A stretch of 47,910 nucleotides of DNA from Candidatus Sericytochromatia bacterium (GTDB taxonomy: Bacteria > Cyanobacteriota > Sericytochromatia > S15B-MN24 > UBA4093), in contig JAKFCT010000035.1 of assembly GCA_036676495.1 (NCBI GenBank), positions 1 through 47,910 of the forward strand, read 5' to 3'. The notes beneath the pieces were generated by a model. The model did not search any database. It was not told where the DNA came from and worked only from the letters and a program-made list of their open reading frames with translations. The position numbers and the translations under genes are program-made. Positions 19,918 through 29,209 of the stretch are shown here, piece after piece. Within the stretch, counting starts at the first letter, position 1. Every line of letters starts with the position of its first letter.

Positions 19918-20733
19918 CTAGTCCTTTACGGCCCCCTCAAGCATGCCCCTCACGAAATGGCGCTGCCCTGCGAGGAAAACCAGCAGGGCCGGCGCGACGG
20001 CCACGGTCGTCGCGGCCATCAACAGTCCCCAGTCGGTGGCTTCCCGCATCGCGCTTTTGAAGGCCGCGAGCCCCACCGGCAGCGTCCGCAGGGCCTCCGA
20101 GTGGGTCGCGACCAGCGGCCAAAGAAGCGTGTTCCAGGACGCCAGGAACTCGAAGATGGCCAGCGTCGCGATGGCCGGCCAGGCCGTCGGCAAGGCGATT
20201 CGCCAGTACAGGTCCCAGGGGCTACAGCCGTCGATCCGGGCCGCATCTTCCAGCTCGGAGGGCAGGTTGAGGAACCACTGCCGGAAGAGGAAGATCCCGA
20301 AGGCCCCGGTCAGCCCCGGCAGGATCAAGGCCTGATAGGTGTCCACCCAGCCGAGCGAAGCCATGATGGCGTAGAGCGGCACCAGGGTGACGTAGACCGG
20401 CACCATCATGGTGGCCAGCACTGCGAAGAAGAGCGCGTCGCGCCCCTTGAAGCGAAGGCGGGCGAACGCGAAGCCCGCCATCGAGCCCGTCAGGACTTGC
20501 CCGACGACCGTCACCCCCGCCACCAGGAGGGAATTGCCCAGGTAGCGGAGCAAGGGCGTCTCGGTGAGCGCCTTCCGGAAGTTCTCAAGGGTGGCGGGCC
20601 GGGGCCAGAACTCGGGGGGGTAGGCCACGGTCTGGGCGTAGCCCATCAGCGCGGTCGCGAGCATCAGGACGAAGGGAGCCGCCATGAAGACGGCGCCGAT
20701 GACGAGCACTCCCAGGGCGATCAGGCGCGGCAT
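19918..20733 (-). CDS. Carbohydrate ABC transporter permease (MalG/UgpE-like)
   Basis: AGFAFARLRFKGR, LPSELEDAARIDGC EAA loop, LRTLPVGL. Confidence 0.94.
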   Translation of the reverse strand: MPRLIALGVLVIGAVFMAAPFVLMLATALMGYAQTVAYPPEFWPRPATLENFRKALTETPLLRYLGNSLLVAGVTVVGQVLTGSMAGFAFARLRFKGRDALFFAVLATMMVPVYVTLVPLYAIMASLGWVDTYQALILPGLTGAFGIFLFRQWFLNLPSELEDAARIDGCSPWDLYWRIALPTAWPAIATLAIFEFLASWNTLLWPLVATHSEALRTLPVGLAAFKSAMREATDWGLLMAATTVAVAPALLVFLAGQRHFVRGMLEGAVKD

Positions 20734-20734
20734 C

Positions 20735-21622
20735 TCAGTCCTCCTGGTGGCTCAGGCGCTTGCGCGCCCACCACTGAACGGCGCTCAGGGCCAGGAGCGC
20801 CATGAAGAGCACGTAAGCCAAGGCCGAGGCCTTGCCGAGCTTGAAGGTCGTGAACGCGTTCTGGAAGAGCCAGTAGCCCACGATGGTGGTCGAGCGATGC
20901 GGCCCGCCCTCGGTCATCAGGTAGACGGTGTCGAAGGTCTGAAAGGCCCGGATGGTCGCGAGCATGCTCACCATCACCAGGCTAGGGCCCAGCAACGGCA
21001 GGGTGACATGCCAGAACCGCTGCCAGGCACCGGCCCCGTCCAGGCTCGCGGCCTCGAGTTGCCCCCTGGGGATCGCCTGCAACCCTGCGAGGAAGAGCAA
21101 CATGTCGTAGCCGAGGTTCTTCCAGACGCTGACGACGACCAGCGACGGAAGGGCCCAGCGGGAATCGCTGAGCCAGCGGACGGGATCGAGCCCGATGCCG
21201 GCCAGCGCGGCGTTGAGGGCGCCGTAGCGGGGATCGAAGATCCAGCTCCAGAGGATGGCGCCGGCCACCATGGACGAGACCACCGGGATGAAGTACGCGG
21301 CGCGCAGGATTCCCAGGCCGCGGATCTTCTGGTTGAGGGCGATCGCCAGCCCCAGCGCCATGCTCACGTCCAAGAGCAAGTACAGGCCCACGAAGAAGCC
21401 CGTCTGCCCCATGACTTTCCAGAACAGCGGGTCCTGGGCCAGATCCAGGTAGTTGGAAAGGCCCACCCAGCGCGGGCTTCCGAGGAGATCCCAGTGCATG
21501 AAGCTGAGCCCGAACGAGCCGAGCATGGGCAGGGCCGTGAAGAGCCCGAGGCCCAGCAAGGCCGGCAGCAAGAGCCAGAAGGCTCCGCGCGCTTCCTGCT
21601 TGGCGAAGGTCGGCTTGCTCAA
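20735..21622 (-). CDS. Carbohydrate ABC transporter permease (MalF/UgpA-like)
   Basis: WVGLSNY, LAGLQAIP, EAASLDGA, VTLPLL; TTG start overlaps the binding-protein stop. Confidence 0.93.
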   Translation of the reverse strand: MSKPTFAKQEARGAFWLLLPALLGLGLFTALPMLGSFGLSFMHWDLLGSPRWVGLSNYLDLAQDPLFWKVMGQTGFFVGLYLLLDVSMALGLAIALNQKIRGLGILRAAYFIPVVSSMVAGAILWSWIFDPRYGALNAALAGIGLDPVRWLSDSRWALPSLVVVSVWKNLGYDMLLFLAGLQAIPRGQLEAASLDGAGAWQRFWHVTLPLLGPSLVMVSMLATIRAFQTFDTVYLMTEGGPHRSTTIVGYWLFQNAFTTFKLGKASALAYVLFMALLALSAVQWWARKRLSHQED

Positions 21623-22893
21623 TGCCCTTCCTCCTTCAGCAGCGCGTCGATCCGCGTGACGATGGGCCTCAAGGTCTCCTCCAGCTCCGCCTCGCCGTTC
21701 CAAGCGGGGCCCAGGCCATCGATCAACTCGTACTGGATCTCGTCGTAGGAGGGAGTGGTCGGAGTCGGGCGGGCCGTGTCGATCACGTCCAGGAAGACCT
21801 GGCTGGAGGCCGGAAGCCCCGACTTGAACGCGGGAGAATTTGCCACGTCAGGCCGGCTGGGCACGATCAGCCCGCTCTCCGTGAAGGCCGAGATGGCTTG
21901 CTTCCCCGCCAGGAAGCGGATGAGCCGCCAGGCTTTTTCGGGTTGCTTGCTGCTCGCCGAGATGCACCAGCCCGAGGCGTCCGCATCCACGATGGAGCCC
22001 GCCTTTCCCCGGGGAAAGGGCGCCACGTCCCACGGAAAATCCAGCTTCTTGCGGAAGCCCGGCACCACCCAGCGCCCCCCCACCATCATGGCGAGCTTGC
22101 CCTGCGCGAAAAGTTGACTCATCCTCGCATTTCCCACCTGAGCTTCCGTGGGAGCGACATGATACTTGAATCGTAGGTCGCGGTAGCGCTGGAGCGCCGC
22201 CAGACTCTCGGGTTCGAGCAGGGTGCTGCGCGTGCGCTCCGGATCGAAAAGGTCTCCCCCGTCGCTCCAGAGGTAGGGCAGCCAGTAAAGCGGGTAGGGC
22301 GCAAAGCCCACGCCGAATTGATCCCCTCGCGTGAGCCGCTGGGCCTTTTCGACCATGTCCTCGTAGGTCCAGTTCGCCTCGGGGTACGGGACTCCGGCCT
22401 CGTCGAAGAGGCGGCGATTGTAAAACATGACCAGGTTGGAGAGGTCGCGCGGGATGCCGTAGAGCGTTCCCTTCCAGCTCATGGCGTCCATCACCGGGCG
22501 GTAGAAGTCGTCCCGCTTCAGCTCGGCATCGGAGGCGAGGAAGGGGCCGAGATCGCGCAGGACCCCGCTCTTGGCGAAGCCGGGAAGGATCTGGCTCTCC
22601 ATGAAGAGCACGTCGGGCATCTTCCGGGAGGCGGTCATCAGGCGGATCGCTTGAGGGTACGCGTCGGGGATGTGGATCAGCTCGACGGGCACGTCGGGGT
22701 TCTGGCGCTCAAACTCGGCCAACAGGGGCTTGAGGGTCTCGATCTCGTCGAGAGAGCCCCACGTGGAGAAGCGCAGCGCCTCGGTCTCGGCGGGCGCGCA
22801 CGCAGCGGCAGCCACGGTCGCCATCAGCGCCATGAGGGTCAGGATCCCCTTGCGGAGCCGGTCGGCTCCCCGTAAGATCGGCTCGATGATCAC
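21619..22893 (-). CDS. Sugar ABC transporter substrate-binding lipoprotein
   Basis: Lipobox-like AAAAC, FERQNPDV, LYGIPRD, FYNRRLFDEAGV, FAQGKLAM. Start uncertain: GTG 22893 or ATG 22833. Confidence 0.9.
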   Translation of the reverse strand: MIIEPILRGADRLRKGILTLMALMATVAAAACAPAETEALRFSTWGSLDEIETLKPLLAEFERQNPDVPVELIHIPDAYPQAIRLMTASRKMPDVLFMESQILPGFAKSGVLRDLGPFLASDAELKRDDFYRPVMDAMSWKGTLYGIPRDLSNLVMFYNRRLFDEAGVPYPEANWTYEDMVEKAQRLTRGDQFGVGFAPYPLYWLPYLWSDGGDLFDPERTRSTLLEPESLAALQRYRDLRFKYHVAPTEAQVGNARMSQLFAQGKLAMMVGGRWVVPGFRKKLDFPWDVAPFPRGKAGSIVDADASGWCISASSKQPEKAWRLIRFLAGKQAISAFTESGLIVPSRPDVANSPAFKSGLPASSQVFLDVIDTARPTPTTPSYDEIQYELIDGLGPAWNGEAELEETLRPIVTRIDALLKEEGH

Positions 22894-23848
22894 CCTCGTT
22901 CCTTATCGCCGCGAACTCGCCCCCGATCTGCTCGCCGTCTGGCATGCCGCCTTCGGCGAACGCTACCCCATTATGCCCGCCCTCTGGGACGCCATCACCC
23001 TAGGCGATCCCAGCTTCCGGGAATCGGACGGCCTCGTGGCGATGCATGGGGAAAAGCCCGTGGGATTCGCCCTCGCCAAGCGCTTTCGCGAGTCGTTCCC
23101 GGGCTGCGAGCGCTTCAAACCCCTCGGTTACCTGACCCTCATGGCCGTCCATCCCGACCACCAGCGGCTGGGCATCGGGTCCCGGCTGATAGGGGCCGTC
23201 GAGAGCCGCCTCCGGGACGACGGAGCCTCCAAGATCCTCCTGGGCGGCAGCTTTCACCATGTCTTTCCGGGCATCCCCGTGGCGTCCGACGAGGCCGCGG
23301 AGCCCGCGGTCGCGTTCTTCACGGCGCACGGCTACGCGCTCGGTCAGGAGGTCTGGGACGTCCGGCGCAACCTCGCGCAGCCACCGGACCTTCCTGCCCT
23401 CGGGGAGCTTCGCGCGGGCGTCGAGCTGCGCCCCACGCGCCCGGAGGAGACGGCGCGGATGCAGGAATTCCTGGAGCGGGACTTCGCCGGCCGCTGGCCC
23501 CGCGACGTGGCGCATCACCTCGCACACGGGGGTTCCGCCTCCCGAATTTTCGGCCTTTTCGTCGAGGGCGATCCCCTAGGCTTCGCCCTCTTGCACCTCC
23601 CGGCTTCCGTGGGCGCCCTGCGATGGGCGGGTTTCACCCCGGAGATCGCCGCGCTGGGCCCGATCGGCGTCAGTCCGGCGCTGCGGGGGCAGGGCATGGG
23701 CCTCGCGCTCTTGGTTCGCGCCTTGGAGCAGCTGCGGGTTTGGGGAGCCACCGAGACGGTGATCGATTGGACCGATCTTCTGGATTTCTACTCCCGCTGC
23801 GGATTTGCCCCCTGGCTGCGTTACCGCCTCGCCCAGAAGCCGCTATGA
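22886..23848 (+). CDS. Tandem two-domain GNAT acetyltransferase (GlmA/Ngs1-GNAT-like)
   Basis: Two acetyl-CoA motifs VHPDHQRLGIG and VSPALRGQGMG; LGGSFHHVFPGIP; IDWTDLLDFYSRCGF. Confidence 0.85.
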   Translation: MITLVPYRRELAPDLLAVWHAAFGERYPIMPALWDAITLGDPSFRESDGLVAMHGEKPVGFALAKRFRESFPGCERFKPLGYLTLMAVHPDHQRLGIGSRLIGAVESRLRDDGASKILLGGSFHHVFPGIPVASDEAAEPAVAFFTAHGYALGQEVWDVRRNLAQPPDLPALGELRAGVELRPTRPEETARMQEFLERDFAGRWPRDVAHHLAHGGSASRIFGLFVEGDPLGFALLHLPASVGALRWAGFTPEIAALGPIGVSPALRGQGMGLALLVRALEQLRVWGATETVIDWTDLLDFYSRCGFAPWLRYRLAQKPL

Positions 23849-24930
23849 CGGTGGGGACGGGGGGTGGCAAGCCCAAAATCGGGGCCGAGGCGCTGGGTTT
23901 GGTGCTTTCGGCGTATCCGGAGCTCGGGAGCTTGGGGGGGCTGGTCCATGATGGGCTCAGTCAAAACACGGCCGCGTGTCTGTTTCGGACGGCGCGCGGC
24001 ACTTTCTTCGCCAAGCGTTACGACCCCACGAAGCGAGATCGGGCGGGCCTGGAGGCCGAGCATGCGATCGTGAACGCGTTGCTGGCCCGGGATTACCCGA
24101 CTCCTCGGCTCTATGCGAATCGCAACGGAGCGACCCTGACCTGGGAAGGGGGAGCGCCCTATGCGCTCTTCGACGTCGCCCGGGGCGAGGACCGCTACCG
24201 CGACGCCTCGGTTTTTGCCCCGTTCCGGTCGTTACGCGAGGCCCATTCGGCTGGCCAGTGGCTCGCGCGCTTTCACCTGGCCCTGGCGGATCTTCCGCTG
24301 CCGCCCGCCAAACCTTTCCAAGGGATCACGGCCCGCTACCAGTGGCTATTGGCGCCTGATAGCGCGCAGGGGTGGGCGGAGTTGCGGGCGGCGGCTCCGA
24401 TCCTGGAGCCGTTCCTGGAGGCGCAGCCGGAGCTTCCCGCGCTCATGGCGTTCATGCACGAGCGGCATGCGCGTCTGGCGCCCGTCGCGGCGGCCTTGCC
24501 CGTCGGCATCATCCACGGGGATTTCATCAAGCGCAATCTGTTCTTCGAAGGCGACGCGGTTTCGGCCGTGCTGGATTTCGACCTGTGGAACGTGGGGCCG
24601 TGGGTCTACGATCTGGCCCTGGCCTTGCTGCCCTGCGGATTCGATTGGGGGGCGATCGCCCGTGGCGAGGAGCCGCGTTTCACCGACATGAGGGCCTTCC
24701 TGGAGGGATACCTGGCCGTTCGCCCGCTCGCCGAGAGCGAGGCGGCGGCCCTGCCGATCGTCATGGAGAGCGCCCGCGTCGAGATCTACCTGAGTCTCGT
24801 CGCCATGGCGCTTCAGCAACGTGATGATGAAAAAGCCATGTTGTTCTGGGGATTTATCGTCACGCTGGTTTCGTGGTTTGGCGTCAATGGGGACTGGTTG
24901 ATAAGGCTACGCGAAGGCGGGGCCGCCTGA
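23845..24930 (+). CDS. APH/homoserine kinase type II-like phosphotransferase
   Basis: IIHGDFIKRNLFF and VLDFD motifs, YDLA; ATGA overlap with the GNAT stop. Confidence 0.85.
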   Translation: MTVGTGGGKPKIGAEALGLVLSAYPELGSLGGLVHDGLSQNTAACLFRTARGTFFAKRYDPTKRDRAGLEAEHAIVNALLARDYPTPRLYANRNGATLTWEGGAPYALFDVARGEDRYRDASVFAPFRSLREAHSAGQWLARFHLALADLPLPPAKPFQGITARYQWLLAPDSAQGWAELRAAAPILEPFLEAQPELPALMAFMHERHARLAPVAAALPVGIIHGDFIKRNLFFEGDAVSAVLDFDLWNVGPWVYDLALALLPCGFDWGAIARGEEPRFTDMRAFLEGYLAVRPLAESEAAALPIVMESARVEIYLSLVAMALQQRDDEKAMLFWGFIVTLVSWFGVNGDWLIRLREGGAA

Positions 24931-26481
24931 GGGCGGGGGAGCGTCATCCACGGGGGCCACGAGTCCGGTGGGGATGTCGACGGGGAGGCGTCCCGGCATG
25001 CCCGAGCCATGGGCGAGGGCGGTAATTGCCGCCTCGATCTGGAAGTCCCGCGAGCCGTAGGTGAGTACCCAGGCCTCGGCCTCCGGGAACTGTCCGACCA
25101 GGAAGGGGCTCGAGAAGGAGAGCACGGTCGTCGGCCGGCGTCGGCAGAGCTCCCGCAGCGGCGTGACGAGCGAGGCCGGCAGCAGGCTTCGATCCTTGCT
25201 CACCCGGATGGGCGAGAAGACTCCGACCAGGACGGCTTCCGCCGTTTCGGCTTGCTGGAGGATCGCGTCCCAGTCGGCCGTGGAAGTCCCATGGCTGGCG
25301 ATCGCTCCGGCCCAGCCGTGCCGCTGAATGGCGTCAGCCCAGCATGAGAGCCGATCGGGCTCGGCGCCGTCGTCGATGGCGAGGGCGAAGGTGCGGGCCG
25401 GCAAGCGCATGGCCGGGTCACCCTTGGCGGCGGTCAGGGCTTTGGCGGCGACTTCTTCGGCCAGCATGGCTGCCGAACGTTGGGGAAGCGGCTTGCGGCC
25501 AGAGCCGACCCGGGCCTTGGCCCGGAGGACGCGGGTCACGGCGTCCCGGATCCGGGATTCGGGGAGGCGGCCGGATTCGACGGCCTGCCGGATGGCCTCG
25601 TGGGTCGCCACCGGATCGGGGGGCATGAGCAGCATGTCGCAGCCTGCCAGCAGGGCGTCGATGGCCGCGTCCACCGGATCTTGACTGCGGCGGATGCCAC
25701 CCATGACCAGGGCGTCCGTGATGATCAAGCCGTTGAATCCCAGCTCTTCGCGTAGCAGCCCGGTCATCACCGCGGGGCTGACGGTCGCAGGGACGTCATG
25801 CGCTCCCAAGGCGGGGACGGCCAGGTGGGCGGTCATGATCGCGGCGACCTCCGCTCGGATGGCGGCCCGGAAGGGCGGCAGCTCGACCGCGTCGAGCCGC
25901 GTACGGTCGGCATGGACGGTGCCCAGGCGGGTATGCGAGTCGGTCTCGGTGTCGCCGTGACCGGGGAAGTGCTTGGCGCAGGCCAAGGCTCCTTGATCCT
26001 GGCAGCCCCGGATGAAGGCCTCCACTCCGCGCGCGACCCGCTCGGGATCGCCTCCGAAGCTGCGGATGGAGATGATCGGGTTGCGGGGGTTGTTGGTCAC
26101 GTCGGCCACTGGAGCGAGAATCCAGTTGACGCCGACTTCCATGGCCTCCGAGGCGGTCCAGGCTCCCAGCTCGTAGGCGAGCTGGGGATCGGCGGCGGCG
26201 CCGAAGGCCATCGCCGTGGGGAAGACGTGGAGCCCGCGGATTTGCTGGCCCGCGCCGTGCTCCATGTCGGCGGAGACGAGCAGCGGGATGCGACTTTCGG
26301 CCTGCAGGTCGTCGAGGCGTTCCCGGGTCGTGTCGCGATCGCCGTGGAAAAGAATGTAGCCGCCCCAGCCGTACCGGTCGAGGTCGGCGTGGATGCGCGC
26401 GCGGTCGTAGGGGCGATCGCGCAGCTGACCGCCGAAGAGCGTGGGGCAGATCAGCTGCCCGATGGCCTCGTCGAGTCGCAT
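24907..26481 (-). CDS. nagZ: GH3 beta-N-acetylhexosaminidase
   Basis: ADMEHG, APVADV, RSFG, KHFPGHGDTETDSH (NagZ Asp-His loop), MTAH, ITDALVMGG. Confidence 0.9.
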   Translation of the reverse strand: MRLDEAIGQLICPTLFGGQLRDRPYDRARIHADLDRYGWGGYILFHGDRDTTRERLDDLQAESRIPLLVSADMEHGAGQQIRGLHVFPTAMAFGAAADPQLAYELGAWTASEAMEVGVNWILAPVADVTNNPRNPIISIRSFGGDPERVARGVEAFIRGCQDQGALACAKHFPGHGDTETDSHTRLGTVHADRTRLDAVELPPFRAAIRAEVAAIMTAHLAVPALGAHDVPATVSPAVMTGLLREELGFNGLIITDALVMGGIRRSQDPVDAAIDALLAGCDMLLMPPDPVATHEAIRQAVESGRLPESRIRDAVTRVLRAKARVGSGRKPLPQRSAAMLAEEVAAKALTAAKGDPAMRLPARTFALAIDDGAEPDRLSCWADAIQRHGWAGAIASHGTSTADWDAILQQAETAEAVLVGVFSPIRVSKDRSLLPASLVTPLRELCRRRPTTVLSFSSPFLVGQFPEAEAWVLTYGSRDFQIEAAITALAHGSGMPGRLPVDIPTGLVAPVDDAPPPSGGPAFA

Positions 26482-26484
26482 GGC

Positions 26485-27147
26485 TTACCAGACCGCCATG
26501 CCGTCGCGGGCTTCTTCGAGCAGCTCGGCTGCGGCGTCCAGGATGCCCATGCCCTCGACGATCAGGTCCACGTCGTAGCTCTGGCTGAACTCCCGGAAGT
26601 CGCCCAGCGCGTCCTCCACTTGCCGGATGCCCTGGCTGTAGAGGTTGAGAGCGTTCATCAAGGGGGAGGGCCAATCGGAGCGCTGAAGCAGGTAGTCGAG
26701 GTCGGTGACGAGCCGCTCCGTCCGCAGGACGGCCTTTTCGAAGCGGGAGACGTAGGTGTCGTCGTAGATGTCGTAGGCGACCTCTTCGAGGGCGGCGTTC
26801 AGCTCGACGAGCGCCGCCGCGAGTTTCTGGTCGAGGGGATGGAAGACCTGCATGACGAAGAGCAGGGGATCGGGTCCTCCCGGCACTCCACCCGGCGAGG
26901 CCTGGCGGCGGCCTGGACGCCGGGCGGTCGGGAACGGCGTCGGCGCGGGAGCCAGCGTGGCGTCGTACTCCCGCCGCCGGCGTTGATCCTTCAGGATGTC
27001 GTAGGCCTGATTGAGTAGCACCATGTCGGCCTCGGAACCGGCCACCGTATCGGGGTGACGTTCCTTGGCGCGATCCCGGAAGGCCCGGCGGATGGTCTCG
27101 GTGCTGGCATTGGGTGCCACCCCGAGGATCTCGTAGAAGTTCGCCAT
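26485..27147 (-). CDS. J-domain (DnaJ class C) protein
   Basis: NFYEILGV, HPD motif, LNQAYDILKD..RRREYD, helical C-terminal domain. Confidence 0.9.
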   Translation of the reverse strand: MANFYEILGVAPNASTETIRRAFRDRAKERHPDTVAGSEADMVLLNQAYDILKDQRRRREYDATLAPAPTPFPTARRPGRRQASPGGVPGGPDPLLFVMQVFHPLDQKLAAALVELNAALEEVAYDIYDDTYVSRFEKAVLRTERLVTDLDYLLQRSDWPSPLMNALNLYSQGIRQVEDALGDFREFSQSYDVDLIVEGMGILDAAAELLEEARDGMAVW

Positions 27148-27151
27148 GGCG

Positions 27152-28456
27152 TCATGATAATGCCGGCAGGACCGGATGTATACCCGGGGCGGGGGAGGCC
27201 AAGATGAGCGTCGCGGCGCGTTCCGCGCTGGCCAGGCCCGCATCGGCGAGCATGCCGTGCGGGCCGACCCAATCTCCCGCCAGGTACAGGCCCGACACGC
27301 CTGCCGCATCGGACGCGGGGCGTCCCGCCGGGGTGTCGAGGGCGTTCGTGACGGTCAGGCTGGGCATGAAGCGCCGGCGGATCACCCACTGGCGCCAGCC
27401 GGGCTGAAGCCGATCGAGGACGGCCTCGAGCTCGCGTTCGAGCATGTCGGCCTGCTCCGGGCGATCGGGGTCCACGTACCAGGCCGCATGGACCACCGCG
27501 CCCCCCGCGGGAGCGAGGCTCGCCGTGCCGGAATGCTCGGACAGGTACCAAGGTCGGTCGATGCCGAGCGCGAAGCGGGTTTCCGGGCGCGGTAAGCGGC
27601 TCAGCGCAAGATCCATGCAGGCGGCTTTCACGGGAATCAGCGCCTCGCTCCAGTGCTGGAGGCGCCGGCGGGCCTCGCCCTCGAGCAACGTTGCCGCTTG
27701 GCCCGGAGACGTCGTGAGGACGACGGTTTCCGCGGCGATCGTCTCTCCCGTCGTGAGCAGGACCCCCTGGACGCGCTCCGCGTGGAGGATGCGGGCCACG
27801 CGGCCCGTGCGAAGGGTGACGCCAGCTTGCTCGGTAGCCGTGGCCAAGGCCTCCACCATGCTTTGCCAGCCGCCATCCACGTACATGGTTCCGGAGCGGA
27901 CGGCCATGGTGAGCTGGCGAAGGGCCGCTCCGGCATCCTGCCGCTCCGGCGCGTTCGCGTAGGACGTGAGACGCAGGAAGATCGCGATCAGCTGACGCAA
28001 GTCGGGATCCATGGGCTGCAGCCAGTTGCTGACGGTCATGCCCGTCAAGTCTCGAGGGGATTTCAGGAGGAGGCTGGCGAAGAAGCGCAGGGCGGCGGCC
28101 TTGTTCCTGCCGTCGAGGAGGCGGGTCGTCAGAAGGGCGCCGGGGCCGGCAGGGAGCTGGAAGAGCTCGGTTCCGCGCCCCACGACCCCGCGGGTCGAGG
28201 CCAGGCCGCCCCGAGGTTGGATGCCCAGCTGCTTGAGGACGCGCAGCGCATGGCCTCCGCGATAAAGGGCATGGGGACCGAGGTTCAGGGAGTAGCCGTC
28301 CTGGTGTTGCGTGAGGGCACGGCCTCCGAGTTGAGGCGCGCGCTCCACCAGGGTGACGCGTTTTCCGCCTCGGGCGAGCAAGAGGCTGGCGGTGAGGCCG
28401 GAAAGGCCGCCGCCGATGACGATGACGTCGGTCGGAGAGTGGGAGTCAGGCTGCAT
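27152..28456 (-). CDS. FAD-dependent oxidoreductase (phytoene desaturase/amine oxidase superfamily)
   Basis: VIVIGGGLSGL, LGGRA, NLGPHALY, GLYLAGDWVG. Confidence 0.88.
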   Translation of the reverse strand: MQPDSHSPTDVIVIGGGLSGLTASLLLARGGKRVTLVERAPQLGGRALTQHQDGYSLNLGPHALYRGGHALRVLKQLGIQPRGGLASTRGVVGRGTELFQLPAGPGALLTTRLLDGRNKAAALRFFASLLLKSPRDLTGMTVSNWLQPMDPDLRQLIAIFLRLTSYANAPERQDAGAALRQLTMAVRSGTMYVDGGWQSMVEALATATEQAGVTLRTGRVARILHAERVQGVLLTTGETIAAETVVLTTSPGQAATLLEGEARRRLQHWSEALIPVKAACMDLALSRLPRPETRFALGIDRPWYLSEHSGTASLAPAGGAVVHAAWYVDPDRPEQADMLERELEAVLDRLQPGWRQWVIRRRFMPSLTVTNALDTPAGRPASDAAGVSGLYLAGDWVGPHGMLADAGLASAERAATLILASPAPGIHPVLPALS

Positions 28457-28477
28457 GGGAACCTCCTCGAGACGGTG

Positions 28478-29110
28478 TCAGCGGGGCATCAAACCGTGGA
28501 GTAGCAGGTGGACGATGTGGCGCTTGCGCGCTTCGAGGAACGCGGGATCCTGGGCGTCGAGCCCGAGTGCCGGAAGCAAGGTCCGGGACTGGGAGAGCGG
28601 AAACCAGCACAGGGCCATCACGCTCAGCAGGAGTTGGCGGGGGTCCTCCTGCAAGCCCAGGGGTTCTCGGGCGGCCTCGAGCCCCGCGCGAATCGCGGCA
28701 AGGTGGGGCAGGTTCCGGGCCAGGCGACTACCGCCGCTCAGCGATTCGCGCTCGACCAGGCGGATGAAATGGGGGTTCGCGTCCAGGAAGTCCAGGTAGC
28801 TGCCGACCAGCTCCGTCAAGCGGCTATCGAGATCGTCCCCTTGCGCGAGCGCCCGTGCCTCGGCGGCCTCGATCCGCTCCTGGGCCCGCGCGAAGGCTCG
28901 ATTGAGGACGGCTTCGTAGAGCCCGTCCTTGGAGCCGAAGAAGTAGGCGGGCGTGGCGCGGGAGGTGCCTGCGCGCTCGCCGACCTCCTTCAGGCTGGTG
29001 GCGTCGTAGCCGCGCTCGGCGAAGAGGGCTTCCGCCGCGTCCATGATGGCCTGGCGGCTGCGCTCGGGATCGCGGCCGCGCCGCTCCTCCGGGGGGATGG
29101 CGTGGGGCAT
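28478..29110 (-). CDS. TetR/AcrR-family transcriptional regulator
   Basis: IMDAAEALFAERGYDATSL, YFFGSKDGLY; AGGAGG RBS. Confidence 0.93.
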   Translation of the reverse strand: MPHAIPPEERRGRDPERSRQAIMDAAEALFAERGYDATSLKEVGERAGTSRATPAYFFGSKDGLYEAVLNRAFARAQERIEAAEARALAQGDDLDSRLTELVGSYLDFLDANPHFIRLVERESLSGGSRLARNLPHLAAIRAGLEAAREPLGLQEDPRQLLLSVMALCWFPLSQSRTLLPALGLDAQDPAFLEARKRHIVHLLLHGLMPR

Positions 29111-29123
29111 GGGCTCCTCCTGT

Positions 29124-29149
29124 TACTTGCTATTCGGCAAGCAAGTATA
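29124..29149 (-). promoter_or_regulatory. Probable TetR operator overlapping the tetR -10
   Basis: TACTTGCT-N8-AGCAAGTA inverted repeat; minus-strand TATACT at 29149-29144. Confidence 0.6.
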
Positions 29150-29166
29150 GCCGATCGCGTCCGCGC

Positions 29167-29201
29167 TTGAAACCATGTTGAAACGAACGCGGCGGTATAA
29201 T
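29167..29201 (+). promoter_or_regulatory. OmpR-type tandem direct-repeat box and -10 of the two-component operon
   Basis: TTGAAAC at 29167 and 29178 (11-bp period); TATAAT at 29196. Confidence 0.6.
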
Positions 29202-29209
29202 GGGCCCAA

